This document shows positions 32,591-42,758 of a stretch of DNA of 64,000 nt, in pieces (the stretch's first letter is position 1; each line of letters starts with the position of its first letter). The notes beneath the pieces are model-generated. The model did not search any database. It saw only the letters and a list, made by a program, of their open reading frames with translations, and was not told the origin of the DNA. Origin of the DNA: Bacillota bacterium (GTDB taxonomy: Bacteria > Bacillota > DTU025). The stretch is taken from contig JBMNJT010000008.1 of assembly GCA_050951805.1 (NCBI GenBank), forward strand, positions 288,001 through 352,000, read 5' to 3'. The position numbers and the translations under genes are program-made.

Positions 32591-32634
32591 AGTATAGCGC
32601 TAAGCATGAGGAGAAGCTATGGAAAGGTGATAAT

Positions 32635-33369
32635 ATGGCGGAACATTTGCTTGTAACAATAGGAAAAGCACGATTTAGTGATTCACAAAGACATCTTATT
32701 CCTTTTGTTAATGACATAGAACATGATAAATTTCTTAACGATATTGAAAACACGCCCCATGCTTTTGTTTTAGCCTGCTTGATGGATAGGCAGATTAAAG
32801 CGGAGCGAGCGTGGTCAATTCCCTTTAGAATAAGGGAGATTATAGGAAGCTTTAAAATTGATGATTTAGCCAGCGTTTCACTTGAAGAGTACAAGAATAT
32901 TTTTAATAGAAATGTCTTGCATAGATTTAACGATACAATGGCAGAAGTGTTTTATTCTGCAGTTCAGGATATTAAAGTAAAGTATAATGGGGATGCTTCG
33001 CGAATATGGAGCAACAACCCTAGTAGCGCAAAAGTGGTTTATGAATTCTTGCAGTTTAAAGGAAGCGGCAAAAAAATTGCCACAATGGCGGCTAATATTC
33101 TTGCCACACAATTTAAGATCCCGTTTTCTGATTATTACTCAATTGACATATCACCAGATGTGCATATTCTAAGAGTAATGCGACGGACAGGTTTGGTTGA
33201 CAATAACGCTGATTTAGATTCAATTATCTATAAGGCAAGAGAGTTAAATCCTGAGTTTCCTGGGATTATAGATTTTTCATGCTGGGAGATCGGGCGAACC
33301 TGGTGCAGGCCGAGTAATCCTAATTGCAACGAATGTATTATTAATTCTGAATGCAAGAAGAGGGTTTAA
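32635..33369 (+). CDS. HhH-GPD / endonuclease III-like DNA glycosylase with 4Fe-4S loop
   Basis: FKGSGKKIATM HhH, PDVH catalytic Asp, and C-x6-C-x2-C-x5-C cluster motif. Confidence 0.85.
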   Translation: MAEHLLVTIGKARFSDSQRHLIPFVNDIEHDKFLNDIENTPHAFVLACLMDRQIKAERAWSIPFRIREIIGSFKIDDLASVSLEEYKNIFNRNVLHRFNDTMAEVFYSAVQDIKVKYNGDASRIWSNNPSSAKVVYEFLQFKGSGKKIATMAANILATQFKIPFSDYYSIDISPDVHILRVMRRTGLVDNNADLDSIIYKARELNPEFPGIIDFSCWEIGRTWCRPSNPNCNECIINSECKKRV

Positions 33370-33425
33370 ACAATTTTTACATAATAAGATATATTTTGCG
33401 GCAGTTTGCCTTGGAGGTGATATAG

Positions 33426-33971
33426 TTGAAACGTATAAGTGTTCTACTTGTAATAGGACTGGTAATTATAATCCTTGCTGGCTGTGGAGGGGTAGAAACA
33501 CGAGAAAAAATATTACCGGATGGTAGGAAACTTATAATTGATGCTGCTGGAAAAATCATATCTGATAGTAATCCTGAACCACTTGAAGGGTATACCTATG
33601 ACGAACAGATAGGACGGTATGTTAATGAAACTACCGGCATTTGGTATATCGTTGAAAATGGGCAAAAGGTAATACCGCCCGAAGAATACTTTGATCCTGA
33701 TGAAGTAGGCATACCCAGCGGTATAAATATTTCAAACCGTCCCGACGATGTATGGGAACTTAAAGAGGTACGTGAGGTAACCATTCAATCAGGAGATACG
33801 CTGGTTGATATTATCAACCCGTACTTTATGAATGAACATTACAGAATGAATTATGAATGGTATGCTAAACAGGTTCTGGAACTTAACAACATTACCGAAC
33901 CTAACTTTATAAAAGCGGGAGAAACTTTAAAGATACCGATTTATATTGACAAAGGTGCAAAAGTGAACTAG
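33426..33971 (+). CDS. Lipoprotein with C-terminal LysM domain
   Basis: Lipobox ILAGC; IQSGDTL...LNNI..PNFIKAGETLKIP LysM. Confidence 0.8.
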   Translation: MKRISVLLVIGLVIIILAGCGGVETREKILPDGRKLIIDAAGKIISDSNPEPLEGYTYDEQIGRYVNETTGIWYIVENGQKVIPPEEYFDPDEVGIPSGINISNRPDDVWELKEVREVTIQSGDTLVDIINPYFMNEHYRMNYEWYAKQVLELNNITEPNFIKAGETLKIPIYIDKGAKVN

Positions 33972-34083
33972 TGAGTGGTAGCATGAAACAGTTAAAAAAC
34001 GTGTTGCTGTTCTCTGCCTGGTTTCTATAAAAGACCGGAACAGGGTATTTTTATTATTGTTAAGCTGAAAGGGATGATAAAGA

Positions 34084-34557
34084 TTGGCTCAAATACAATC
34101 ATTGATGCGGGCTGTAATAAACTTTTATAATTTTAACAACAGAAATGCTCCCGTAGTAATCACAAGAGTAAAAGAACACGACAGTGAAAGAATGTGCATG
34201 GACAGACTAGAAAGAGCGATTTTTGACTCATGTGATGAAGAATGCAAGGCAACTCCATCAAGATATGCAATATGGGGAGAAGACATCCGTAGCCTTAGTA
34301 TTTCTGCAAAAGAAGCAATGAAAAACGGGAACATCGAACAAGCAGAAAAATTAATGAATCAAGTTATTAATAGTATGGGCGCATTTATAGACGCTCAATT
34401 GATACTCAGCAATTTGCCTGGAAACATCAGCTTTGTAAAATCCAAAGATATTATTAAATCCTATATTGCCAGACTGCAAGAGAACAGCGAGGTGTCAGAT
34501 TCTGAAAAGGACTATTTAATTGACAGCATGAAAGAGATAATGATTAGCATTGAGTAA
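34084..34557 (+). CDS. Hypothetical protein
   Basis: 157 aa ORF with RBS; no recognised motif. Confidence 0.6.
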   Translation: MAQIQSLMRAVINFYNFNNRNAPVVITRVKEHDSERMCMDRLERAIFDSCDEECKATPSRYAIWGEDIRSLSISAKEAMKNGNIEQAEKLMNQVINSMGAFIDAQLILSNLPGNISFVKSKDIIKSYIARLQENSEVSDSEKDYLIDSMKEIMISIE

Positions 34558-34843
34558 AAGGATTGATTAACTGATGAGTTATTCATCATGCAATCGGAAT
34601 CCGGATTCGAATTCCTTATGAAATATAGTTTGCGATATAAAGGTCTTCAAACCTGATGCCAAAAAACCTTTAATAATTAAATTTTATTATAGCAAAAGCT
34701 TCGAACATCGCTCTGGTAGTTATGAACATAGCTTGAAGTCTGAGAAAAGACTTGATGTTAACAATCATTTGAATAATTGGGACATGCTGAAATAGCGCAT
34801 GTTTCGATTTGTTTAAGATTTAAATTATAGGTGGCGAACAAAA

Positions 34844-36235
34844 ATGAAAATTGCTTTGATTTCTTGCACAAGTAGGAAAAAATCATATAAATGCCAAGCA
34901 AAAGATTTATATTCAGAAAGCTCGCGGTTTCAGCTGGCCTTTTCTTTTGCAAAGCTTATTGCAGATAAAATATTTATCCTTTCTGCAAAATATGGCTTAA
35001 TACCAGAGAACATGATTATCGAACCTTATAATGAAACCTTGAAAGATAAAAGTACTCAGGAACGCCGTGCATGGGCAGAAATGGTGCTAAACGAATTAAG
35101 AAAGGTTTCAGATCTAGAGCATGATGAGTTTATTGTTTTAGCTGGTGAAGTTTATCATGAAAATTTGTTGCCCCATATGAATCATTTTTGGCTTCCTTTG
35201 AAAGGTAAACGTCAAGGGGAATGGATTCCAGAGTTAGAGAGATTGATTAAGCTTGAAAAAGAATCGGATAAAACAAAGGTTCTTCATATGCTTTTTAATA
35301 GTTTGCCTCGTCTGGATTGGTCAATAATTAACAGTATTCCTTATAAAAATGGTATATATATAATGTTTGAAAAAGGCGAGAATTATCATGGTATGGATAG
35401 AATAGTCAGAGTAGGTACCCATAGAGGTCAAGACCGTTTGTTGCAAAGATTAAGAGAACACTTTGTGAAAGAGGATGCTGACGGTAGTATTTTCCGTAAA
35501 AATATCGGTAGGGCTTTTTTGAAAATGGCATCGGATCCATATTTACAAGTGTGGGAAATTGATATGCATAATTCTGAAAACGAAAGAAACTATGGACACT
35601 TAATAAATGAAGGGCTTGAAACTGAACTTGAGGCAAAAATTAGCCGATATTTAAGAGATAACATCACCTTTGTTTGTTTTCCGGTTGATAAAGAAGCTGA
35701 GCGATTGAGGTTAGAAGAAGGTATTATTGCATCACTAAACAGGCATTCATCATTTGGCCCGAGCAGCAATTGGCTTGGTTTGCATAGCCCTGTGCCTGAG
35801 ATTGCAAACAGTGGCCTTTGGAATAGACAGGGTTTGCTGGGACAACCTTTATCTGATGAAGAATTAGAGCGGGTTGTGTGGCTTGCCAGATTTGGAAACG
35901 ATAGTTACAGAAACAATACGGGGCATAGAGCACGTGTACAAAGAGCAAAAGATAGTGTCAGGGTGGCTGTTGAAGCTACGGGTTCACAAGGGAAAACAGC
36001 CGATGATGTAAGGCAGTATATAGAAAAATTGTTACAGGAAGCAAAATTGCGAGGCGAGGACTATATTGATTTGGTTTCAGGGGATATTCATAAGCAGATG
36101 GGTATGAAAAACAGGATGCCGCAGATATGCAGGATTATGTATGAGAAAATGATGCCTGGTGATGAAGTTTTACATACTACTCCCAGCGGTTATAGTTCGA
36201 CTATAAAAATCAGGTATGACCTCAGAAATAGATAA
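34844..36235 (+). CDS. DUF6884-like domain + GIY-YIG-like nuclease + C-terminal DNA-binding-like domain
   Basis: LISC...K.....AKDLY.S...ILSAKYGL (DUF6884-like); GIYIMFE...RVGTH....RL..RL.EH (GIY-YIG-like); C-terminal SGDIH....NRMP..C..M domain. Confidence 0.7.
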   Translation: MKIALISCTSRKKSYKCQAKDLYSESSRFQLAFSFAKLIADKIFILSAKYGLIPENMIIEPYNETLKDKSTQERRAWAEMVLNELRKVSDLEHDEFIVLAGEVYHENLLPHMNHFWLPLKGKRQGEWIPELERLIKLEKESDKTKVLHMLFNSLPRLDWSIINSIPYKNGIYIMFEKGENYHGMDRIVRVGTHRGQDRLLQRLREHFVKEDADGSIFRKNIGRAFLKMASDPYLQVWEIDMHNSENERNYGHLINEGLETELEAKISRYLRDNITFVCFPVDKEAERLRLEEGIIASLNRHSSFGPSSNWLGLHSPVPEIANSGLWNRQGLLGQPLSDEELERVVWLARFGNDSYRNNTGHRARVQRAKDSVRVAVEATGSQGKTADDVRQYIEKLLQEAKLRGEDYIDLVSGDIHKQMGMKNRMPQICRIMYEKMMPGDEVLHTTPSGYSSTIKIRYDLRNR

Positions 36236-36290
36236 GGCAAAGAAGTAGTGGATTAATAATGACTGCTATGTAGCAAAGAGGTGCGGAAAA

Positions 36291-36863
36291 GTGGCTGTTA
36301 ATTATAAAAAATGCCCTAAATGCGGGTCTAAGAATTCGGTTAAAATTGTATATGGCATGCCGAGTTTTAAGCTTTTTCAGGAAGCTGAAGCCAGAAAAGT
36401 AAAATTGGGCGGTTGTTGCATTATAGAAGGCGGTCCGGAATACTACTGCAAGGATTGTAAAAATGAGTGGAACCGGGAGCAGGTGCTTGACATCATATAC
36501 GGTCAGATTAAAGGGCTTAAAGCATCAGTGGGTGGTTACTTTGGCGGGTATTATCATGTAGATATTGATTTGAAAAATCTTAAAACTACATGGCTGTTCA
36601 AAGAGGGTGGTTCTGAAAAAACCAGTACAAGATCCATCCGAAATAAAACTGCAGAAGAATTCATTAAGAGTTTAAAAGAGATCAATCTGCTGAACTGGAA
36701 AGCAAAATACGTAGAACCCGGAGTCTGTGACGGGACTCAATGGAGCGTTGAAATAATTACAGACGGGAGAACCGTCAGAAAATATGGCGACAATAAGTTT
36801 CCAGAAGAATGGAGGCAGTTCTGTAAAGTGATTAAAAGAATAACGGGAAAGGAATTCAGGTGA
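36291..36863 (+). CDS. Hypothetical protein with N-terminal Zn ribbon
   Basis: CPKC...IVYGMP...GGC...CKDC; C-terminal DGTQW....G.N.FP..W domain. Confidence 0.7.
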   Translation: MAVNYKKCPKCGSKNSVKIVYGMPSFKLFQEAEARKVKLGGCCIIEGGPEYYCKDCKNEWNREQVLDIIYGQIKGLKASVGGYFGGYYHVDIDLKNLKTTWLFKEGGSEKTSTRSIRNKTAEEFIKSLKEINLLNWKAKYVEPGVCDGTQWSVEIITDGRTVRKYGDNKFPEEWRQFCKVIKRITGKEFR

Positions 36864-37513
36864 AAGTGATGAAAGCCTTTCAGATAAAAATCGAATTAAT
36901 TGATTCCGAACCACTAATATGGAGAAGGGTAGTTATCCCGGCGGATGTTACCTTCAGACGCCTGCATGACACAATACAATTTTCAATGGGTTGGCGGGAT
37001 TATCATCTTTATGAATTTGAGTTTCCGCAGGAGAAACTCAGAATTACAAATGACGAAGAATCCTATGAGGTATTTAAATTTTACTCTGCCAAGTACAAAA
37101 GCAAAAAGCCAACAAGAAAGGAAGACCCTCATGGCATTATAGCCAGGATAATTGAAACAACCGTTAGACAGCCTCAAACGGTCAAAATTGATAACTATCT
37201 GGAAAAATATAAGACCCTTGAGTACATTTATGACTTTGGCGATTATTGGAGACATAAAATTGAACTGGAAAAAACCATTGAAGATTATGAGTTTGGTTAC
37301 CCTATAATACTTGCAGGCGCGGGGGCTTGTCCGCCGGAAGATGTAGGTGGTTTTGGCGGTTACAAAGAATTTCTTGAAGCATGGAATGACCTTAAGCATC
37401 CGGAACATGAATCAATGCGGCAATGGGGAGAAAGCCAGCATTACAGGGAATTTGACATTGACTTTAGGAATGATCTGCTAAAGACATGCTTGAAAATCAA
37501 AAAAGTAAAGTAG
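36860..37513 (+). CDS. Plasmid pRiA4b ORF-3 family protein
   Basis: P.IWRR, LH..IQ..MGW...HL..F, YDFGD.W.H and PPEDVGG motifs. Confidence 0.9.
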   Translation: MKVMKAFQIKIELIDSEPLIWRRVVIPADVTFRRLHDTIQFSMGWRDYHLYEFEFPQEKLRITNDEESYEVFKFYSAKYKSKKPTRKEDPHGIIARIIETTVRQPQTVKIDNYLEKYKTLEYIYDFGDYWRHKIELEKTIEDYEFGYPIILAGAGACPPEDVGGFGGYKEFLEAWNDLKHPEHESMRQWGESQHYREFDIDFRNDLLKTCLKIKKVK

Positions 37514-37696
37514 TGGAGGAAGACGACTTATTCCTCAAGAGTCATATTTTAGGTTTCAATGGGCTATGCTGATATACTTCCTGCGTAGATATGTTCCCGT
37601 GAACAGCGATTTTTCAAAAATGTCCGAAAAACTCATTGACATGTTCCCGTAAACGTAAGGTTCAAAAAATTAGCCCAAGACATCAATCCGAGCGGC

Positions 37697-37741
37697 TCGT
37701 GCCATATTGAGGCAGTAGCGCGCCTGGAACGACCAGATTAG
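37697..37741 (+). other. attR: displaced 3' end of rlmD/rumA (23S rRNA uracil methyltransferase)
   Basis: Reads SCHIEAVARLERPD*, the typical RlmD C-terminus after DMFPxT; coincides with the composition shift to GC-richer DNA. Confidence 0.7.
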
Positions 37742-37967
37742 GCGAGTCTATGCCCTGGACGACTATTCTGGTCCTACTGGCGCTGTGAGGAGTGCCCTGT
37801 TCTACTGCATTGACAGGTCAACCTCCAAACGACAAAATCGAATGGCTTGGTTTTCTTGGATTCTTGGGCTTTATGGGTTTCCTGAAATCGTATATGGGCG
37901 AACCGCAGTACATCTTCTTTGCTCCTCCGTTCATTTCTTATCTACTACTACGATCAGGTAGAGTAAG

Positions 37968-38195
37968 ATGGCCAAATTCAGGTGCAATCTGAAGAAATAC
38001 AGACAACTGGCGAACTTGACTCAAGAAGAGCTTGCTCAGATGGTAAACGGCTGTAGAGAAACTATCCAACAGTTGGAAGCCGGGAAATACACCCTATCCT
38101 CGAGGCCGGCAATCGATATTTCAAGAGTTGTTAAGGCTCCTATCGAAGATATATCTATTCTTGACCGAGGTTCTCGCGCCTGGCATTTATCCTAA
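37968..38195 (+). CDS. XRE-family HTH transcriptional regulator (possibly decaying)
   Basis: LTQEELAQMV...RETI..LE.GKY motif. Confidence 0.7.
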   Translation: MAKFRCNLKKYRQLANLTQEELAQMVNGCRETIQQLEAGKYTLSSRPAIDISRVVKAPIEDISILDRGSRAWHLS

Positions 38196-38460
38196 CAAAA
38201 AGGGCATTTACCCAGTCGGCTAGCGTAAGCCGCCCCACCAACCCGTTCGGAGACATTAACGAGGTTGGGATAGGGAAAAGGACGGATTCAGGCGGCAACG
38301 GAGGAAATCCGTCATGCTGCAGCTTCTATGGTATGAATACAAGAGTTCTGCAGCATAAATGGCAGACTGCGTGCAAGAATGGTAGTCTCTTATCTGTTGG
38401 AACCTTGTTGCTCATCTTGCTGCCTGTGATTGGATTAAAAGCTCACAGAACGTGCTAATC

Positions 38461-38514
38461 AGTGGGTGTATGGGCGCAGGCTATTATTGTCTTGCCTGCG
38501 CCCATACACCCACT
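38461..38514. repeat. Perfect 21-bp inverted repeat (hairpin)
   Basis: AGTGGGTGTATGGGCGCAGGC - 12 nt - GCCTGCGCCCATACACCCACT. Confidence 0.85.
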
Positions 38515-38762
38515 CTGCTGATACTACATAGAGTGCTGCGCCTCATATCCGAACTGGCCATCGCCCGCGGAGACCGATCATGCTGGTCAGACTCTCCGAG
38601 ATACGTTTGCTTGTCCTGAACAAGTGGAAAGCAGGAGATATTGCTTTGCGTCGCGCCTCGCTCCTACTCGATCAACCGGGGGCTTGCGGGAACCACTGGA
38701 TTCTTTGCTCCGGAACGGGTAGACGGTTTTTAGTGGCATACGCAATGGCGGCACTTGGCCAG

Positions 38763-39608
38763 TCATTGATCAGCTGGCATCCACGCTACTCCCAACCCGG
38801 TTGGCCCGACATGAGTTCCTATTACTGCTCCGCATTGCACAAGGTAGGCTTCCTTGCATACAAAAGCGCCCTGGACCGCGGTAAACCACTCCCTGGCGCG
38901 GTCGTGTGTGTTGGTATGGATCACTGCCACTTTTATGGCGCCATTTCCCACGTCCTTGCGTATGCATTCCATCACGCGTTCTAGAACCCGCTTGGATCCC
39001 CTTACTTTGGCCATTGGAGTCAATTCGCCGTCTTCCAGAGCTATGATGGGTTTGACTGAAAGTAAGGATCCAAACATCGATGCGGCTTTCCCTATTCGCC
39101 CATTTCGCATCAGGTGTTCTAGCGAGTCGACCGTAAAGGCTAGTCTGGTGGTATCCATGGCCTTTTGAACTGCATGAAGCACGTGTTCGCGGCTTGAGCC
39201 TGCTGCTGCGGCTTGCAGGGCTTCCATTGCAATGAATCCTTGTGCCATGGATGCCGCTCTCGTGTCGATCACTTCGATTCTGTTTGGACTGACAGCGTCT
39301 CGGGCAATACAAGCAGATTGGTATGTGCCGGAAAGCTTCTCTGAGATGTGGAGCGAAATCACTGCGTCGTGCTTTTTGAGCAAGATTTCATATAGGTTGA
39401 TGAAATCTGCTGGAGAAGGCTGGGATGTGGAAGGAAGAACCCCCGATGTATTCAGCTTGTCAAAGAATTGCTCGGGTGTAATATCTACCTGATCCCGGAA
39501 TTGATCCTCGCCGAAAAGGACGCGAATTGGTACAACATGAATCTGTCCAGCTTCTCGAACTTCATTTGGCAGGTCTGATGCAGAGTCAGTCACCACGGCT
39601 ATCTTCAT
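38763..39608 (-). CDS. DegV family fatty acid-binding protein
   Basis: MKIAVVTDS, TSQPS, LSGTY, GRIG and IGTHVGP motifs. Confidence 0.95.
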   Translation of the reverse strand: MKIAVVTDSASDLPNEVREAGQIHVVPIRVLFGEDQFRDQVDITPEQFFDKLNTSGVLPSTSQPSPADFINLYEILLKKHDAVISLHISEKLSGTYQSACIARDAVSPNRIEVIDTRAASMAQGFIAMEALQAAAAGSSREHVLHAVQKAMDTTRLAFTVDSLEHLMRNGRIGKAASMFGSLLSVKPIIALEDGELTPMAKVRGSKRVLERVMECIRKDVGNGAIKVAVIHTNTHDRAREWFTAVQGAFVCKEAYLVQCGAVIGTHVGPTGLGVAWMPADQ

Positions 39609-39959
39609 TTCGTCACCCTCAAACGGTATTTTCGGATGCTGACTGTATAGGGCGCCATTCGAAAAGCGGGGAAATCGGGCTGTAGGGGCCGGAGGCGCTG
39701 TTAGGCTATTGAAGCTGTCGGCATCCAAAAAGTATTTTGTACATCAAACAATATGATAAACAAATCATATAATGCCGTTTCGTGTTTGTCAATTAGTTTG
39801 GAATACCGGAGCTTGAGCTGCTGTAGCGTTGGGACCAGCAGAACAGTCAATTCCAAGGTGTACCGCTCTCAGACGACTGGGGGAGGACCGCCTGTCCCGT
39901 GCAGGCTTGTAGTCACTTGCTGACATACTGACGATGGCCATTACGGACAAAGGGGCGCT

Positions 39960-40095
39960 TTGCGTAGTCAACATTGAGCCTCTACAGAAGAGTTACAGCA
40001 ATGAACGCGAGGTTACACACGTGTTGCGCGACATTACTCTGTACGTATGCGCCGGGGAGCGTTTTTCCGTGATGGGCCCGCTGGGCTCGGGCATG
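39960..40095 (+). pseudogene. ABC ATPase N-terminal remnant
   Basis: LQKSY....THVLRDI.L.V..GE..SVMGPLGSG, then truncated. Confidence 0.55.
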
Positions 40096-40484
40096 CGATT
40101 GCCAGCAGGCTTCTCTGCTCCGAGGCTTGGGTGGATGCGGTTCAACTACGAGCCTTTTTGGGGGTGAGACTCGGTCGGCGGTGCTTTTTCTGCTGTCTGC
40201 TTTTCCAGTAGGCTGCTCTTTTGGCGTCTAGCCTGCAGCAAAACTGCCAGACTCAACCAGGTAGAATTCCTTGGAAGTGAGTGGCAGGGGGAACAAGTGA
40301 AAGACCTGGATGTCATGTCTGTGCCATGCCCTAGACGGAGGTTAGCGCTAGGAGTTTGCCCGTCGAGTGTCATCGCAGGCAAAGCGAATATGGTATATAA
40401 TTTGGATTGTGGCTTAGAAATGCTTGTAGCAGCGTTTTTGTTGGCTTTGATGTTGAACTCGATGCCAATGGCGGTGATTTGCAG

Positions 40485-41012
40485 TTGAAGTCAGGCAATC
40501 TGCAGCGACAAGTGCAGCTGGCAATTTTGACAGCTGTAGCTCTTGTCCTTCACATGATAGAGTCCGTGTTGCCCCCGCTGCCAGTGCCGGGAGCGAAGAT
40601 AGGCCTTGCGAATGTTGCGACATTAGTATGCCTGCGCCATATGGGATTTTGGCCTGGCGTTGCAGTTAGTGCAGTTCGTAGCATACTTGGAAGCATGATA
40701 TCCGGCAAGTTCTGGGGTTTGGGGTTCTGGATGAGCTTTGTGGGCGCAACTGCGAGTGCCGTGGCCATGGGCATTAGCCTTCAAGTTGTTGCCAGTGGAA
40801 CATCGCTCGTTTGGACTAGCGTCGTCGGAGGAGTAGTCCATGCCAGTTGCCAGTTGATCATTGCTGTAGCCGCTATGAGACAACCTGCGCTCCTTGCTGG
40901 TGCTCCGGTTTTGCTAGGGCTTTCGATAATCACTGCCGTTTCGATCGGCTTGGTATGCGATAATCTTGATGCGCCTGTCCGGCGTCTGATACAGGCAAAC
41001 AAGAGAAGGTGA
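40485..41012 (+). CDS. Gx transporter / heptaprenyl diphosphate synthase component I family membrane protein
   Basis: IES.LP..PVPGAKIGLAN and S..GG..H...Q motifs. Confidence 0.85.
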   Translation: MKSGNLQRQVQLAILTAVALVLHMIESVLPPLPVPGAKIGLANVATLVCLRHMGFWPGVAVSAVRSILGSMISGKFWGLGFWMSFVGATASAVAMGISLQVVASGTSLVWTSVVGGVVHASCQLIIAVAAMRQPALLAGAPVLLGLSIITAVSIGLVCDNLDAPVRRLIQANKRR

Positions 41013-41019
41013 TGCATAC

Positions 41020-41376
41020 ATGAGACGCAGGGCATTGCCTATCCTGCTTGTTTTGGTGTTCGGTGTAGCGCTAGTGGCTTTCGGAATGTATGAGCAGAAA
41101 AAATCCCCCGAAGGCTCGGTGGTGGTTGTAAAGTCCATAGGCGAAGATTACAACAGGATAGTCGCCCGACAGCCTCTATCATCGGATGAGAAAGTGATTA
41201 TCCCGGTTGAAGGACCGTTGGGCACTACCGTAGTAGAGGTTGTTGGAGGAAGGGCTCATGTGGTCTCGTCACCCTGCCCTGACAAGATATGTGTGCGAAT
41301 GGGCTGGCTGAAACGTGTAGGCGACTACAGCGCATGCCTTCCCAATAGGGTTCTTGTTGAAGTAGTTGATGAGTGA
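41020..41376 (+). CDS. NusG domain II-containing protein (Lin0431-like)
   Basis: N-terminal TM; S.CPDKICV..GW.......CLPN.V motif. Confidence 0.9.
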   Translation: MRRRALPILLVLVFGVALVAFGMYEQKKSPEGSVVVVKSIGEDYNRIVARQPLSSDEKVIIPVEGPLGTTVVEVVGGRAHVVSSPCPDKICVRMGWLKRVGDYSACLPNRVLVEVVDE

Positions 41377-42199
41377 GCTTTTGCATGGGGGATTGCGAGG
41401 CTTGTAATGATTGAGGGACTGGGACAGAGGCAGCAAGGCGGGAGAGCTCGAACTTGGTTGATCCCGCCTTGCTATTTCTAGTGGTCAGGACCCTCTGGGC
41501 AATAAGTGGCTCTTCGAACACCAAGTGTAAATAAATGGCTGCGATTGCGCGTGGCTCAGGCACCTCGATGGCTACCATTACAGTATCTACTGCCACGTGC
41601 CGTTTAGGAATGTAGCGAAGTATGTAGATGATCTGCCAGTTGCCTTGTTGGGCAGTGCCGACTGTGTAGTGGACAGATGGGTGAGGCTTGGGGAGAAGGA
41701 GCCTTTGTTTTGCTCCTAGGCTGCGGTATGCCCCGGACGAATATGAAACATTGAGCTATCATGGCTGTCGACCACGAGCATGCCATGTCACAAGTTGGAG
41801 GTGAATGGCACGGTCCTGTAGCCAAAGCCGTATGCGGGAACGAAGCATGGGGTGCCGGTCTCCTGTGGGCCTCGCACTTTAGCGCGCCCGATATCGCGGT
41901 TACGATCGCCGGCCAGAAAGCCTCTTGACTTTTGCTAGTACGTCCGTTTGACGCTTGGATTGGGTTGCAAGCTAACTCTGTGAATGTGAATCCTGTCACT
42001 ATGGACGATGATTTTGTGAAGTGATAAGCTTGGATAGAATCAAGCCCTGCTTCAGAAAGGGAAATGAAAAAGGCGGCATTGGTTCGGGATGTAATTCGTA
42101 CAAGCCTTGTTCCACCGGTTGCTTGATCTTCAAGCGGTTGGGCTGTCTAGAAGCCGATTGTATAGTCGGGTACATCACGTCTATTGTGAAATCCAAGGG

Positions 42200-42501
42200 G
42201 CTTTCGGTTATCGCTAATGGCAAGGGTAATTGCTCCGGCAGCTTAGATCTGCACTACCATCGCCTAAGCGGTATTGGGTAAGGACTGCACAGTTGTTGAT
42301 GCGATCATCGATACAGTTGAGACAAAAGTCGATTTTGGTGAAGATTTCAAGGCAGGCTCTGATCTGACTGCTGAGTGCAAGACCAAGAGAGGAACATACG
42401 GCATGAAGAAGGCCTCTGTCATCAAGAAAGAATGGCACAGGCAGATTGTGGAGATTGAGAAGTGGATGGCCGGCAAGACTATTGCAGACATCAGGCTATG
42501 A
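42200..42501 (+). pseudogene. Remnant of extracellular FMN-binding (flavinylated) protein
   Basis: IDTVETKVDF...DLTAECKTK...YGMKKAS.I.KEW..Q....KW..GKT motif; stops upstream and no intact start. Confidence 0.65.
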
Positions 42502-42758
42502 AGGTTAAAAGCGGCGTGAGGCCGTTTATACCGGATTGCTACGTGCTCCTGAGCTCATTTCTCACGTTGCTGTGAGTGTCGAAGATTACATCGCTACTGT
42601 TGCAAAGGCCTACAAGAGCGCAAGATAAGGGTAGGACAGACTTCTTGATCCATTTGGCTGATCACGCACCTCTCTCATCTCAGATGGGGGAGGTTTCTCT
42701 CAGTCTTTTCGTGCTAAATAGGCAGTGTACTGGTGAATATAAGCGAGTGGTGGTGCCG

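Noticed and set aside
38200-38460. Structured-looking intergenic segment as a riboswitch
   Set aside because: No match to any riboswitch consensus I can recognise, and no downstream gene.
41376-42200. ORFs 41225..41596, 41604..41999 and neighbours
   Set aside because: No recognisable motifs or RBS; probably decayed sequence.
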